A stretch of DNA of 64,000 nucleotides, taken from assembly GCA_903813345.2 (NCBI GenBank), contig CAIIXF020000001.1:43276001-43340000 (forward strand), in the 5' to 3' direction. The notes beneath the pieces were generated by a model. It was not told the DNA's origin. It saw nothing but the letters and a program-made list of their open reading frames with translations, and ran no database searches. This document shows positions 1 to 13,741 of this stretch, one piece after another. The translations under genes were made by a program, and so were the position numbers. The DNA comes from Owenia fusiformis (taxonomy: Eukaryota). The stretch's first letter is position 1. Each line of letters starts with the position of its first letter.

Positions 1-59
1 TCAATCATTATAATGTGGGGCACCATTTATAAGTTTTATACCCTTTTGAAGTACAGTAG

Positions 60-465
60 GCCTAGGCTAATCCTATGGTTTTACCGTACATCAGCACGAG
101 GCTAATCCTTTGGAGCAACTAATACCTTGAGAATCAAGATGCTGTATATCAGCATAAGGCCTTTGGTTTGACTGTAGATCAGCATACGGCTAATCCTTTG
201 GTTTGACTGCACATCAGCATAAGGCTTGATTTACTGTACATCACCATAAGGCTAATCCTATGGCTTTACTGTACATCAGCATAAGGCTAATCCTTTGGTT
301 TGACTGTACATCGGCATAAGGCTAATCCTATGGTTTTACTGAACATCAGCATATGGGTCATCCTATTGTTTGACTGTACATCAGCATAACGCTAATCATA
401 TGGTTTGACTGTACATCAGCAGAGGGGTAATCATATGATTTGGCTATACATCAGCATAACCATGT
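60..465. repeat. 35-bp minisatellite (consensus ~GTACATCAGCATAAGGCTAATCCTWTGGTTTKACT)
   Basis: Unit recurs at 271, 306, 341 and 376, with degenerate copies on both sides. Confidence 0.9.
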
Positions 466-2015
466 CCTAGAATTTCAGATAGATGGAAGCTTCTTTCAAT
501 ACCTAGATTGCACTTTAACTGGCTCTGTAAACAGTATTACAGTATACCAGTTCAGTGTAAAAACGTTTTTATTGTCCGGGTTACATACTAGGTATTGGGG
601 GTGTTTTGAGACCTCTAATACGGGGAAGACAATGTGAATAACAAGTGATGTCAGAAATTCATTCAGACTAATATCGAGTAAACAAGCATGTAAATTTTAT
701 ATCATATTCATGTTAAGTAGCAGACAATTCCCACTCGCCTCTCTTAATTACACAATCTAATTAATTAAACATTAAATATTTATGATCTTCTTGCCGATTA
801 TTTATTCACTCAGATCACCGTTATATTGTATATCCGTGCCTATTGTTGTTTTTTGTTGTTGCTCATTGTGCGCTCTGGTTCAACTTGACCTTGGTATCTC
901 GCCAACAGATTGCAACAGATAACAGCAAACCCTTGAAAGAAGGAAAAGAATAAATGTCCGGCGTGACCGAATTACAATTATTTTCCTAATTAGTTCATAC
1001 TTAGTAGGGCCAGTGTCTTGAATTAAAGGGGACAAAATTTTCTGTTTCACCGAAAAACCCGAGAGTTTGAATAATTTTTCACAATTTACTTGAACCAGAT
1101 TCATTTCACCATTCAAGTCAAAGTGCGTTGTTTTTTAAGAAAAAATCAGAATCAATAATGTTTTATTCTTATTAGTAGTTAAAAAGATCTGAATCTCATT
1201 TCATTGGTGAAATATCTTCTTTATTACTTTAGGAATCTACCTTATCGCACTTATCATGTCATACTACCATTAATAATTTAATTTACTCAAGAATTATTGC
1301 CACATTAAACGCGTAATGTTCAAATCTTGTACGGAACTATATTTGATTCAGCTCATTCAAGCAGGATTCCAGTTGCTATGGATATTGTTGAGTTATTTTA
1401 TTAAAAGGGTGTGCTTCATTAAATTGATTATGGTGATTACTGATGTTTAACACCGACCAGAGACTACTAGATTGCTAGGCGTAAAGTTAAGAGCATTCTC
1501 TTGAAGGAATTAGAGGGGATAAAGGGGTGTAAATTGTTGGAAGTAATTTTAAAAACGGAAAACCTTAAAAACGGAGAGTTGTCCTGAAATGAAATTAGAA
1601 CTGTTGGATTTTTTTCGAAAATAGGCATGACATGGAATGATGAGATAAAAAAAATATTGTAAAATTGCAACATGTTTTGATAATTTATTCTCAACTCGTC
1701 TCTTTCCTTAGACACTTCCCTCTCTTTAAATAACTTACCAAATTGTCGGTTGCATTTTTAGACAAAAAGCATGGACTATGAAGAAAGGAAGCACCCAAGT
1801 GATCATTAATTCATCTTCCATTTTAAACATACGATGAAGACTCAAGTTATTCATAATTCATATGAATCGACGTTTTCTTGAATACCAGCGTAGTGAACAT
1901 TTCAGAGATAATGCATTATTTGGTCCTGGGTTTTGAAAGCATAGCTTCAAAGTCAGTGATCATCTATAAACTTATTTTGATATCAGTCGCAATGGTCAGT
2001 ATCTTGAGAATTTAA

Positions 2016-2122
2016 AGGGGCAACGTTTTACTTTTTCTGAGCTATCAGGGCAACATTAGGCTTAACATCTTTTTTGGCATACTATTTTCTTAAACTGTTA
2101 AATTGCACTAATTGTTGCACCT
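2016..2122. mobile_element. Small TTAA-flanked MITE (Kolobok-like)
   Basis: TTAA|AGGGGCAACG ... GTTGCACCT|TTAA, with short imperfect TIRs. Confidence 0.4.
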
Positions 2123-3290
2123 TTAACGATCGTTCCTTATTGATAATTACTTATACGTAGGAATTGGAATACAACCAAAATCACTGTGGAAGTACCATCT
2201 CATACAGATTTATAGTCATCATGTTAGTTGCGGTGTTTCCCAAGGTTCTATTCTTGACCCTATATTCTTTTTCATACCTCAACTGACCCAGAAAATGATT
2301 TTATGTAGTCCTCTTTCCACGGAAATTCTACCTACAATACTGAATAAGACACTCTGTTAGCTCATTTAAATGGGTGAGTACTCACAAACCACAAAGAGCA
2401 AAATTGAAAATCAAAATGCCACAATCTCCTTTAAACCTCTTTATATACACAAACACAAACATTTAACCGTGCAAATGGACGATCAAATTATGATCTCTTG
2501 GAAAATGAGCACCTGCGTACGAATTACCATATCGTGTACTTGTCGGAGCTATAAAAAGTTTTAGGAAAGCATTAGGCTAGCCACTGTTAATTAGGGAGCG
2601 GGTTAATCGAGTTCCTAATTACATTTATATAATAATTATACGAAGTGCTCCTAATCGGAATTTTATAAACACCGTTCAGTCTATCGTATGATATTCGATG
2701 ATTCTTCAGTAAACTTGATATTCACTGTGCAAATATTGGCAAACGGGAGGCTCATAAATCAATGCTAAAACAATGGCTTTCTAAACAGAGAGAGCAAATC
2801 AATAACCGACAATTGCTTATATACCTTAGACAATATGATAACATTCAGACATTGCCACATAGAATTCTTATATTATTGTAATAATATTGATATTTTGTTT
2901 GAAAGCTGTTAAGTTTTTTGAGACAGTCAGGTGCATGAAGTAGCTGATCCCCATTCAATTCAAGGTGAAACATATCAATTGGTTTAGTCTACTCTTACTG
3001 ATCAATGAAATAATCCCAAAGGGTAAACTCATTATCGCTGACTTATCCCTATGTTCACATATATCTAATAGCATGAGTTGGTTTAATATTCCATGCTAGA
3101 TCAGCTGGTTTCTCTAAGTCATTGTCATCATAACAAATTGTCAATTTTGAATCAATACACGTGATTAAACATCCACGGATTATTTCATTTGCTTATGGGA
3201 GCTTTCCCTCCCAAATATCTGAATATGCCTTTCCATTTTGGGTACAACGCTTTAACATATTAAGTTATTTTAACCCGATGTTGTTTCCAG

Positions 3291-3477
3291 GTGCTATCGT
3301 TCATGGGGATTTTATCATACCAAGATCACAGTCATCTTGAGATTGCAGCAATGTGGTGTATTCTAATTGAAGTGCTGGTTGTTCCCCATGTATTATGGAT
3401 TGTAAACCCCAGGATCAGACACGCTCTTGCCCAGACTCTTAGGTGCCATTGTTGTGGCCCACCTTCACCAGATTCTA
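3291..3477 (+). CDS. Penultimate exon (ECL3/TM7/helix 8) of a GPR153/GPR162-like orphan GPCR; upstream exons not found in window
   Basis: TTTCCAG acceptor and GTAAGT donor. Peptide VLSF...AMWCILIEVLVVPHVLWIVNPRIR resembles my recollection of GPR153 TM7 (VVSF...LWCSVAQALLLPVFLW) and is followed by a CHCC cysteine cluster. Confidence 0.7.
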
Positions 3478-3677
3478 GTAAGTATTTATGGAACTAAAAT
3501 TCATCTTTGTTTTATTTTCTGGACAGGGAAAGAAATGTGGCATTTATATAGTATATAATATAAATAGTAAAAAGGTTTTTAGTAATTAACTTCTAGACTT
3601 AAATCAACTTTAGGCCTACTACTGCTATCTTTAGGCCTACCGCATCTTAAAAAGTAACGTCTGTCTTTTTATTAAAG

Positions 3678-5548
3678 GTAACATGGGTGTTACATTCCAT
3701 GGTTACAGTCCAAGGCATACAACAGACACCAACGAATTGGTTGAATCCACTGAAATCAACACAAAACCAAAACCTGCCAATGGCGCTACACCAACAGCGG
3801 ATATTGAATTGAGTGTACGACCTAATGGTAGCGCTAATGGGATCCGGCATCCTGATGCTGAAAAACAAGCTGGTACAGATTCCGATCACGAGAGTGAGAA
3901 TGCTGTTGGTGGATTGGGAAACACGGTTGTGACTGCCAGTGTCCACAAGCACCCAAATGCAAACTCACCTGCCAAAAAGGAAAATTCTGGATTGAGTTCT
4001 AGACAACAATGGAAAGAAAATTTACAGAAAAACCATGTCAAAACTGGATTCATAAATGAAGCATTTGATGATGACATTGAAAAAATAAAACAGAATAATC
4101 ACAAGCAGGATGGAGCTAGTCCTAAAAAGGGTCATACAAAAAATGAAAGTCTAACATATGTGTCTAGTGACTTTCACCACGATGCAATAACCCAGAATCG
4201 GCGTTTATCCGTCCCAACTCCAAAGGGTACACTAGAAAAGCAGAAAAATACTGATAAGGAGAATGAGTGTGAGACTCCTCCCAGAAAATATTCCATTGGC
4301 GATGTCAACATCGTTTTAGATATGCCACTTAAAGAAACTATTGTAGATATAGCTTACGAGGATTCTCTTGAAAAGGTAGCATCACCCGAAGATTGTCAGA
4401 TTAATGTTACAAGTGATGATATCAATGATGAGTCATTGGGGGCAACAGGAGGGGCGTCTCTTCATGTAAGACCACTAACCCCAAACAACCCATTTAATGA
4501 GGACGCATGTGTCAATGTTGACGTTGATACTAATACAAAACTCTTTAATGATCAAGAAGACGGAAATAACATGTCTGTTATACGTGATGATGAAGCTTTT
4601 GAAAATAATCTCCTCAGAAAGCTACAGGCAGAAGACATAAGTGACAATGATCCAAAGTGGAATATTTTGCGGAAAGAATCTAAAACAAAATCGGACTCTG
4701 TTGAAAAAGGCCATCCACTTTGGATAGAATTGGATTTACATAGGGATATTAAACCCGAGGTACCTACAACTGAGGAAAACCAGGTGTTCTGGGTTGATGT
4801 GAAACCCCGAATGAAACCTACAAGACAAAGCTCTCTTCCAGGCAAATATGATGTTGTAAAAGAGAAAAGGGATAAACACCCAAAGAGGAGACACTCTGAT
4901 TTGTCTCGTAATAAAAGGCCAAGCATAATTGATGCATTTGGGTCCAATGACTATAACCCTGAACTATCAACCATTCCAGGATCATCTATGAATCTTTATG
5001 AGTCGTCAGGTTCGTTGAACCATCTTGGCTCTAGTTGGACGCACATGTACAGAAAACAACAGAAAATACCATACGATGCGTTGAATGATAGCTACACCAG
5101 TAACAATGCATTTCTTCTTGCCAGTCACAGGGAAGTGAGTAACAACGATTTAATTACCGATAAATCAGAAAGACTTCCGTCCAGCTTGGATCACCCCGAT
5201 TCCACCAACAAAATAACTTCGAAGGATTCTGACAGCACAACATCGGTGAATAACATCGATGCCTTTGATGAAAGCTACAACTCAAATGGTGAACTTGAGC
5301 AGATTTGGAACAATGCACCTTTAGACCGAACAGATGAGACGCCTGCTGCTCGAGGTGTAAATAATGATTGCATTAGTCAAACAAATGGTGATCGGGAGAT
5401 ATGTGATAATACAATAAATGAAATCAATGAGATTGAAATGCCGGTAGAACACATCACAATAAAAAGTAGTACAGCAACTCGAAATATTGATACCGATACT
5501 GAGTCTGAAGGAACTCAAAATTTTCACGAGATGACAACAGTGCTGTGA
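3678..5548 (+). CDS. Terminal exon of the same GPCR: ~620-aa polar/acidic cytoplasmic tail ending in TTVL
   Basis: Acceptor TTTTTATTAAAG at 3677. The phase-1 join (A+GT AAC ATG) is in frame with the 621-aa ORF. AATAAA near 5865. Confidence 0.8.
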
Positions 5549-5994
5549 TCATATTCTATAAAATATAGATCAATATATGAATATATAATTTTGCGTTCAC
5601 ATATTTCTACTATTGTCATCCTTGACTTTCTGACTTCTCTTAATCTTATTTATGACAATTCAAATTTATTTTGGTGGATGTATAATATGCTGCATGGAAG
5701 GCACATTTTATTATAATTGTCACAATAATTAGAGAGTTGATGGGTAAACCTCATATATTAGCTTAAACATATTCATGTAACATCATTTTTATTAATTTAC
5801 GATCTACGATTTTACAGAGTGCATCTTTTATTTACAGATAAAATATACTTGTGTTATTTATCAAAATAAATATTATAATATGATGGTATGATTTGTTGAA
5901 GTGTTAAATATAAGGTCAGGGACGGTTGTGTTTCTCATCACAGAATAGGGAAGTCTCCAGAGAAGGGTTCCAAGCCTGCTTATATGGTACATTA

Positions 5995-6197
5995 CGGTGT
6001 AAGTGGTAACTGCCTAATCATTTAATTTGCCTTTTGCCTAATTTCTGCCAGGTTCGGAAAATTAAATGTCGGAAATATTAACTTCATAATATTATTCAAT
6101 GGGAAGTTTCTTGTCATTAGGAGAATTAAAATGAGGAAAATGATAAAATTTGACCATTTGGTAAATTAACCTCTCGGATTAAATACCACCTATACAG
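5995..6197. mobile_element. ~200-bp MITE with TA TSD; same family as 27902-28103 in opposite orientation
   Basis: TA|CGGTGTAAGTGGTA ... TACCACCTATACAG|TA. The interior is the reverse complement of the 27902 copy. Confidence 0.75.
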
Positions 6198-7126
6198 TAC
6201 AGTATTCTTCAAAATTCTTCAATAGATGACATACAAAATAATAAAAGTGTAAAAATCGATTACTAATTTATTGCTGAGCTCTAACATCAGTCAATCATCA
6301 TAAAAGATTTGAGCCTGGTTGGATCATCCTTCACAGTATATCCTTCGCTCTTTTACTGAACCAATGAATTAGATCATGACACTATCAATTAACAACACTT
6401 TAAAAATACATGTACATGTACAATTAGGTAACTATAGAAAACATTTTTCTACTTTTTATAAATAGAATTTATTTTGACATTACATATACATCAAACATTT
6501 GTTGTAATGGCTTTGCTTATAGAATTATAAGCCAATTACTCTAGTAACACAGGGTGGGATCATGAGTCTGCTATGCAATTTATCTTTTGTTACCAATATG
6601 TTTCATTATGCAGAAGAGAAAAATGTACTTCCTACATGCAATCTGGATATCATTTATGGATAACCTTCACTTCTATTTGTCCAATAATGCTAGGAGTTGA
6701 AGAAAATGAAAATGGCACTTGTGTATCATATTCTTAATGTAAGTTTTCCTTTTAAACTTTTTAATAGCACAATACGTTGACTTGATTGTATTTACAAATG
6801 TTCTCCTCGGAACACTGGGAACAAGAGTCAGACCTTCAGTTATATAGTAGGTCCTTTTATCATTTTTACAAAAAATAATGATAATTTTTGTCCTCTATTT
6901 GTAAGGCTATTTGTCCATTGTGGTGATCACTTCAGACATTAATGGACCATATTTATATTCCTAATATATGGTTCATCTTTAAAAAGGAAAATGCACATTT
7001 CAGGTCACTGTTTTAGGAGTAGGTTCTTTTCTTCATATACACCCATCACAGACAAATCTTGCAATCCCACCAGTGAGTTAGCACATTTCATCAGAATCAA
7101 AGTCAAATGTGTATATTTTGGTAAAA

Positions 7127-7477
7127 TCAAATCCTTATTTTCCTCATTGACGTGGCATAAATTGGTTCCATCACATGGAACATCATATAAATCATAAGTG
7201 CAACAAGTAGCATAATCCCACAGATTGAAATCAAAGCAGTTCTACCAATAACATATTGGTCATAGACTTTCACATCTTCAGTTTCGGACGGAGTAACGCT
7301 TTCTCTTGGAAAGAACCACAGGGCAAGAGTCACAATCCCTGCCAGGACAATCATACCACCTCCAGCATAAGATGCGGGTCCCTGAGCACGGGATAACAAT
7401 AGGCAGACCATCAGACTGAGCACCCATATTACAGCCAGGATAATAATCCCAACACCTATACCTAGCACTAGCGCCAT
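7127..7477 (-). CDS. TMEM218: Transmembrane protein 218 (ciliary transition zone), uninterrupted CDS
   Basis: 116 aa with three hydrophobic segments. VLGIGVGIIILA..W, LLLSRA.G, FPR, IGR and EPIYA match the TMEM218 pattern. Confidence 0.92.
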   Translation of the reverse strand: MALVLGIGVGIIILAVIWVLSLMVCLLLSRAQGPASYAGGGMIVLAGIVTLALWFFPRESVTPSETEDVKVYDQYVIGRTALISICGIMLLVALMIYMMFHVMEPIYATSMRKIRI

Positions 7478-7947
7478 CTTTTCATGAGATAATGTTTTTT
7501 ACTCAGGTGAGAATAGTTGAATATCGTTCAAACTAGCCTTGGCATGCTGCAATCTTGAGTTTTCTGCAATTTGGAGATATTCTCAGTTGCTTACTGCCAA
7601 AGAGTATATGGAAGAACATTAATGTTTTATATACAATGTATGTAACATATTTCATCAGGCCATGTTTTTACAAGTCCACTTGTGCATGCTGTGGAATTGA
7701 TAGAAGGGATTTCTCCTAAGTTCAAGGATCCCATCAAGATCACATGTTACGTCATATGATAGGTCATTTGATCAAGTTATGTAAGGTCAAAAAGTGAATA
7801 AAATTCACCATTTTTTGATCGGAACAAAACACTCAGACTAATTTCATTTCATTATAACATACATGTAATCCTCCTATCCAGTTATATTACATGGTAATTA
7901 CTCATATGTGATGAATTTATGAACAGAAAAGGACCAGGTATAGTATA

Positions 7948-8120
7948 GCAAGTGATTTTAGATGATCATATCTTTCACCATGAGTACTTTCTGGGCATAA
8001 ATGCAATGGTTTTTTATTAAAACAATACGTTTTCTTTCAAGTGAAGTCCCCATGATGATAAAAATATAGATCGAACAATTTGAAAAATTATGAAGAGAAA
8101 CCCCACGTCATCCATTTTTT
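7948..8120 (+). repeat. Dispersed repeat segment also present at ~36889-37060
   Basis: GCAAGTGATTT...CACCATGAGTACTTTCTGGGCATAAAT...CAAGTGAAGTCCCCATGAT is near-identical at both sites. Confidence 0.85.
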
Positions 8121-9475
8121 CAAAATTTTGAACCCTATTTACACGAAAAGGATCTTCTTTTGCTGATATTTATTGTATAAAAAGATTATTCAACAAGAGG
8201 TCTAAAACTTCTTCAAAAGTAGAATGGTAATGATTGTCTAGTTTTGAAGATATCAATTTTCAATGACCAAAATTATGCTGAAAACAATGGATAGCATGAG
8301 TTTTCCCTATGGGAAAATAACATGGGATATTTGATATTCTAAATGATATATGATACTTTAGCACATTTTAAAACCCATCCCCTTTTCAAAAATTGTTTTA
8401 ATTATTGTATAGAAGAAACTTTTGATATGTTTAAATTATGAAAAACAAGATCCTATTTTGAGAAAATAAACCTAACATTTTAAAAAAGTGACAAGGTCCT
8501 AATATATAACTTGTCAAAGAGTTGGATTAATATTTTTAGTATCATGGGTTTTCAATTGAAAGAAAACATATTGTTTTAATTAGAACCACTGTATTTATGG
8601 CCAGAAAGTATGCATGGTGAAAGATATGACTGTCTGAAATCAGGTGCCATACTACACCTGGTCCTTTATGAAAAAGCACCAATAGCATCTTTGGCAAGAG
8701 GAGATTTACCAAGGCTGAGAGATGCCATAGTCACCTTAGATGACCAATTTTATAAACTGGAATCATTTGCAATTAAAATCAGAATGTCATCATACAGAAT
8801 GTTTGCTGTTGTTTTCTGAATATTCTAATGAAGTTTGGGTAGCATCACTGAAACTGCAATATCCAAGTTTGAATTGATGATATTCAAGTGAAATAATTTT
8901 TGAAGTAATTAAACTGCCATTTCCACGATTTCAAATTTTGCTTTGCCCATACATGGCTCTTAGCCAACATGTGACCGTGTTTATTCACATTATCATATCC
9001 TGCAAATTGATTGGATTACATATCGACTGATGTGCATAATGCTCATGAATAATCAATCAGTTACAAAAAATGGCACCTCACTTCTGATCATTGGCAGTGG
9101 ACCACTTTTTCTGCATGTTACACATGTACTGCGGAAGTGGCATCTATGAATATATTGAATATTTATTTCTAGAAGTCATGTCCATGAAAGTATTTAAACT
9201 TACCTAGTCATTCTTTAGACTGCAGCTGTAAACCAGCCCATGTTATCATGTAGTATAATATCAAGAATGAACAACCTGCAAGACATCCATCTATTTCTTT
9301 GTTTATTTGAATTCTGTAACAAACAATGTGAAAAAATTTTAAATACAGAAAATACAGGAGAGTAGAGTACACTTATGTACAGTGCGTTACATTGTAGTGC
9401 AGTAAAATACATTAGAGTACAGCGCAGTGAAGTATAGCATAGTACAGGAGTGTTCTCAATAGGATTTTTTCTAAA

Positions 9476-10955
9476 CACGCCTAACCATCGCGTAAGCAGG
9501 CGTCACCGTACAGCGTCAAAAAATACAGTAGTACAGTTTTCTGTACGGTGACGAAAATTAACTGAGTTGAAGCAAAAACTATAATGAGGGTTTTAAAAAG
9601 ATTAATTAGATGAAAATAAATACGATTTCGGGTGTAATAAAAACAGCATTCTCTTAGGAATGGTTTTAACTTTCTAATTATGATAAAAGTTTTTCGAGCA
9701 CTGCTCGGATTTTTTCTGACTGGATCGGCCCACATAATCGACTCGAGAGAAAAATGGTGTTTTTTTCACTTTTCGTTTGGTTATTATTTTCCCTGTCGTC
9801 TGAGAGTATGGATTATTTTTATGAGAATATGTATTTGTTATCTACACATTTTAGAACAGATGCATATTCGGCAAATAATCATTCAGTGTATTTATTTAAA
9901 AAAGATCAGAACTGTACGGTGACGCATCAGCTGTACGGTGACGCTTCCTTAGATTTTATGAAGTGCTCCAAGCTTACTGTTCGAACAAGAGGTAAAGAAG
10001 CGTCAGATCTACATGTACATTATCACTGGTAAGTATCAAGCGAAGGTTACAGCCGTCACATTCGCATTTAAGATGGCGGACAGGAAGTATTAATTTCGAT
10101 ATTTTTAGTTTTCATGGAATTAACTATTTGAAAGTTGACGTAATGCTTTGGTATCATTTGAACTAAACCAGGCTTTTCTCATATGACTAACAAAGATAGC
10201 CTACACAGCCATCTTTACCCCATGCAAGATATTGCATCTTTCATCCTAAAAAGTCACACGTGCAAGATGAGATTTACTTGTGACATCCCTTGTTTTAAAA
10301 CATCAATAACATAGCAACAAGAGAGTTTTTGGTTTCATGATCTTTACCGTATCATACATTTCCAGTAACCTTCCATTAAGCTGTGGAAGATATCGTTGAA
10401 CTATAGCGCCCATGCTCTATATATGAACAAATGATCATACTCCAGAGTTTCAATTTCATACAATCTTAGTCTCATTTAGTTCATCAAAGCATAGCGTCAC
10501 CGTACAGCTGGTGCGTCACCGTACAAATTTGATCTTTTTTAAATATACAAAATGAATGGTTGTTTGCTGAATCTTCACCCGTTCTAAAATGTGTAAGTAA
10601 CAAATACATATTCTCATAAAAATAATCCATACTCCCAGACGGTAGGGAAAATAATAACCAAACAAAATGTGAAAAAACAACATTTTTTCACTCTGGTCGA
10701 TTATGTGGGCCGATTCACTCAGAAAAAATCCGAACAGTGCTCGTAAATCGTTTATCATAATCAGAAAACCATTTCTAAGAGAATGCTGTTTTTATTTCAC
10801 ATGAAATCGTATTAGTTTTCATCAAATTAATTTTTTTAAACCCTTGTCATAGTTTTTGCTTCAAAGCAGTTAATTTGCGTTACCGTACAGAAAACTGTAC
10901 TCTGCTATTTTTTGACGCTGTACGGTGACGCCTGCTTACGTGATGGTAAGGCATG
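9476..10955. mobile_element. Non-autonomous DNA transposon with ~470-bp TIRs, CAC/CAT termini and 5-bp TSD (Transib-like)
   Basis: CTAAA|CACGCCTAACCATC ... GATGGTAAGGCATG|CTAAA. Arms ~9476-9948 and ~10493-10955. Repeated GCGTCACCGTACAG motifs. Confidence 0.85.
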
Positions 10956-10960
10956 CTAAA

Positions 10961-11206
10961 GTAGGATCAAAATTCCCATTTTCACAATTCAGACCTAAGT
11001 TGGTTAAAACATGCCGATTTTTCATGATTTTTCTCATTTTCAAGTGAATGCAAATGGATTTTCAGGTGGGTGCAAGCCCGTTTTCAAAATCTCAAGTGGG
11101 TGCTGCACCCACTTGCTTTAATGCTAGGGAGATCACTGCAAGCCCGTTTTCAAAATCTCAAGTGGGTGCTGCACCCACTTGCTTTAATGCTAGGGAGATC
11201 ACTGCA
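10961..11206. mobile_element. Right part of a CAGTG-ended (hAT-like) MITE with a tandem duplication of its terminus; related copy at ~17240-17392
   Basis: TGCAAGCCCG...GGGAGATCACTG occurs twice (11071, 11137). The same tail ends at ~17392. Confidence 0.65.
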
Positions 11207-11279
11207 CAGTATGTACTAAGACTAGGGCTGAAATAAAAAGTAAATACTCATGTCACATATTTGGACAGCTCAATCATTA

Positions 11280-11816
11280 CTGTACGCCCGGTATTATTCG
11301 CGAGCTTTAATTTCGCGAATTTTGCGAAAACACGGTTTCGCGGCTATTAATTTTCGCGAATTTCACAAGTTCAGAAGTGCGTGCCGGGCTATGTTTGCCC
11401 TTTCTGCGTCGTTGGCTATGTTTGCCCTTTCTGCGTCGTTGTACACGCTTCATGTTATTTTTAGCAATTTGAACTTCAGTTTCTATAATATCGTCGATGT
11501 CATTATTTAGCCTAGGCCCATTGGTAGTAGTTGGCCTGACTAGCCAACGTAAAATAGACATGTTGGTGGAAATCATCCAATTATCGCCCAATAACACTAG
11601 ACGAAAAGTTTTACACAAAACGAAATGCATTTTGTAGTTCTTCTTACAGATGTAGGAATGGAGGGATCAGAAGTTGACGAAATGCATCAGAGCCCCGGGT
11701 AAAAACAAATTCCCGGGGATTTAATTGGCAATTTCGCGACGATAATTTTTCGCGATTTTAACACCATCGCGAAAAGCGCGAAAGTTAATCGCACGCGAAT
11801 AATACCGGGCGTACAG
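11280..11816. mobile_element. MITE with TA TSD (Tc1/mariner-type)
   Basis: TA|CTGTACGCCCGGTATTATTCGCG ... CGCGAATAATACCGGGCGTACAG|TA, perfect terminal inverted repeats. Confidence 0.9.
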
Positions 11817-12264
11817 TATTGAATGGCCTCACATATCCAATAGACTAGAAGTAAAAATATGATGTTATGATTTTGATTTTTATCCGATTTGAGCAAATTG
11901 GTACAGTCTATGTTATGAATGAACAGAGAACACAAAGTTAAAAAGAACACTATCTCCAGTATAAATAATGAACAGAGAACACTAAGCTAAAAAGAACACT
12001 ATCTCCAGTATAAAAATTTCATCTACCCCATATAGCCAATACTTCAGCCTTTTTGTTAACAGGAGACACTATTTGGCCATTCTCTTTATTTGAGCTTGTC
12101 AGTTAAACATGGGCCTTCAAGAGAGTGAACAATATTTTTATTGGACTGTCTTTCTGAAGAATTACCCGTAATGCAACACTCAAGAAGCAAATGGTGATAC
12201 CTCTTCTTTTCTTGTTGGTCATTTTTCTTTAATTCTAATAACAAGAACTCACTAGTGAGTCTAG

Positions 12265-12593
12265 AATGGGGGCGTGCCCCCCCCCTAAAAAGTCAAAATT
12301 TTAACTGGAAATCAAAATATATTGTTATGGATTGTCAATAACGCATTGCATACATTGAAATCCAACCCGGAAATTTTATATGGGTTAGAATGCACCAAAT
12401 GATGCACCCCCCTATTCTCGCTCTGGAATTTGTCAGAATGCACCAAATGATGTTCAATTTTCAAAATTTTCTGGGGTGACAATCCTCCAGCCCCTCTATT
12501 CTCACGCTCATTTGCTGCACTCACTAATGCGGTTCATTTCTCTCACGGTTATTATTAAACCCCCCCTAACACAAAATCCTGGATCCGCCCCTG
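12265..12593. mobile_element. hAT-like MITE fragment
   Basis: Ends in CCTGGATCCGCCCCTG and contains G/C-run motifs typical of these MITEs. Left end not identified. Confidence 0.5.
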
Positions 12594-13261
12594 GAACTCA
12601 TACAAATACAATCAGAAAAGGGAAGCATGGCTATGTGCTCATTTTGAAGTTTTCAAGGTGTTCAGATTTGGACCAAGATGTTTACAATTTGAAGGAAGGT
12701 GTTCAACATTTGTAAGTCACTCATTTTAGGTGTTCCCAAGTTGACAGGCCTGCAGGTAAATATCGCCAATAATTCTCCCTGCAGCCATAGAAATATATAG
12801 GCACGATCGGCAATATTGCATAACTTGGAGATTAAAGAATATCGAGTCGGAATTCTGGCTTCCAATCCTCCTTGCAAAATGGCGGCTGTTTGAATTCGAA
12901 TTTTGCCTATACATGGCAAAAAATCAATGTTCCACTCTGGGATTCAGATAATGAAAACAGAATGAAATTTTGCGCTAAGGGCTGATGTGAAAAGTCAGTC
13001 CACCCCCCGGGTCCACCCTAGTATGTATCCAACAGACTGACTTCTAGTATGATGTACTACTTTCCTGTGGAAATTGCAGTGAAATTTTTTGCACAAAATT
13101 ATCAATTAGGGGAACTATTTCTTCAATAAAATAAGCATTACAAAATTTCAATGAATTAGTAAGGTACAATGAAATGCAATAAAAAGAAACACAGCATATT
13201 GTCAAGTGGAAATAAAGCTAGTTGAAGTAACAAATGTGTAAATTAATTTTACCCAATCGGC

Positions 13262-13741
13262 CATTTTGAATAGCACTTCCTATGTAAACAAATATTTAAA
13301 ATTACCAAACTTTAACATAGGTGCCTTATAGTCTGAATATAATTCAGACTAAATAGGATATAGTCTAGGGTCCACCCTAATGGGGATTGACCCCTTGCTT
13401 GCCGAACGAGTGCTCTACCACTGAGGGTACTGAGTTATGGAGCCGACTGGGTTTTCCACACCAAAATTGCATATATAGCATTGTAACCATGTCTTACAAT
13501 ACATTTTGAATAGCACTTCCTATGTAAACAAATATTTAAAATTACCAAACTTTAACATAGGTGCCTTATAGTCTGAATATAATTCAGACTAAATAGGATA
13601 TAGTCTAGGGTCCACCCTAATGGGGATTGACCCCTTGCTTGCCGAACGAGTGCTCTACCACTGAGGGTACTGAGCTATGGAGCCGACTGGGTTTTCCACA
13701 CCAAAATTGCATATATAGCATTGTAACCATGTCTTACAATA
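13262..13741. repeat. Near-perfect 240-bp tandem duplication; each unit holds a tRNA-derived SINE-head fragment on the minus strand
   Basis: 13262-13501 and 13502-13741 differ at one visible base (TGAGTTATGG vs TGAGCTATGG). Minus strand reads CTCAGTGGTAGAGCACTCG...GGGTCAATCCC. Confidence 0.9.

Noticed and set aside
60..465. CRISPR-like array (also considered 19067-19845 and 54271-54420)
   Set aside because: Units are contiguous tandem repeats without unique spacers, the context is eukaryotic, and there are no cas genes.
3683..5548. Stand-alone 621-aa gene
   Set aside because: An in-frame acceptor 5 nt upstream of the Met joins it to the TM7 exon at 3291-3477.
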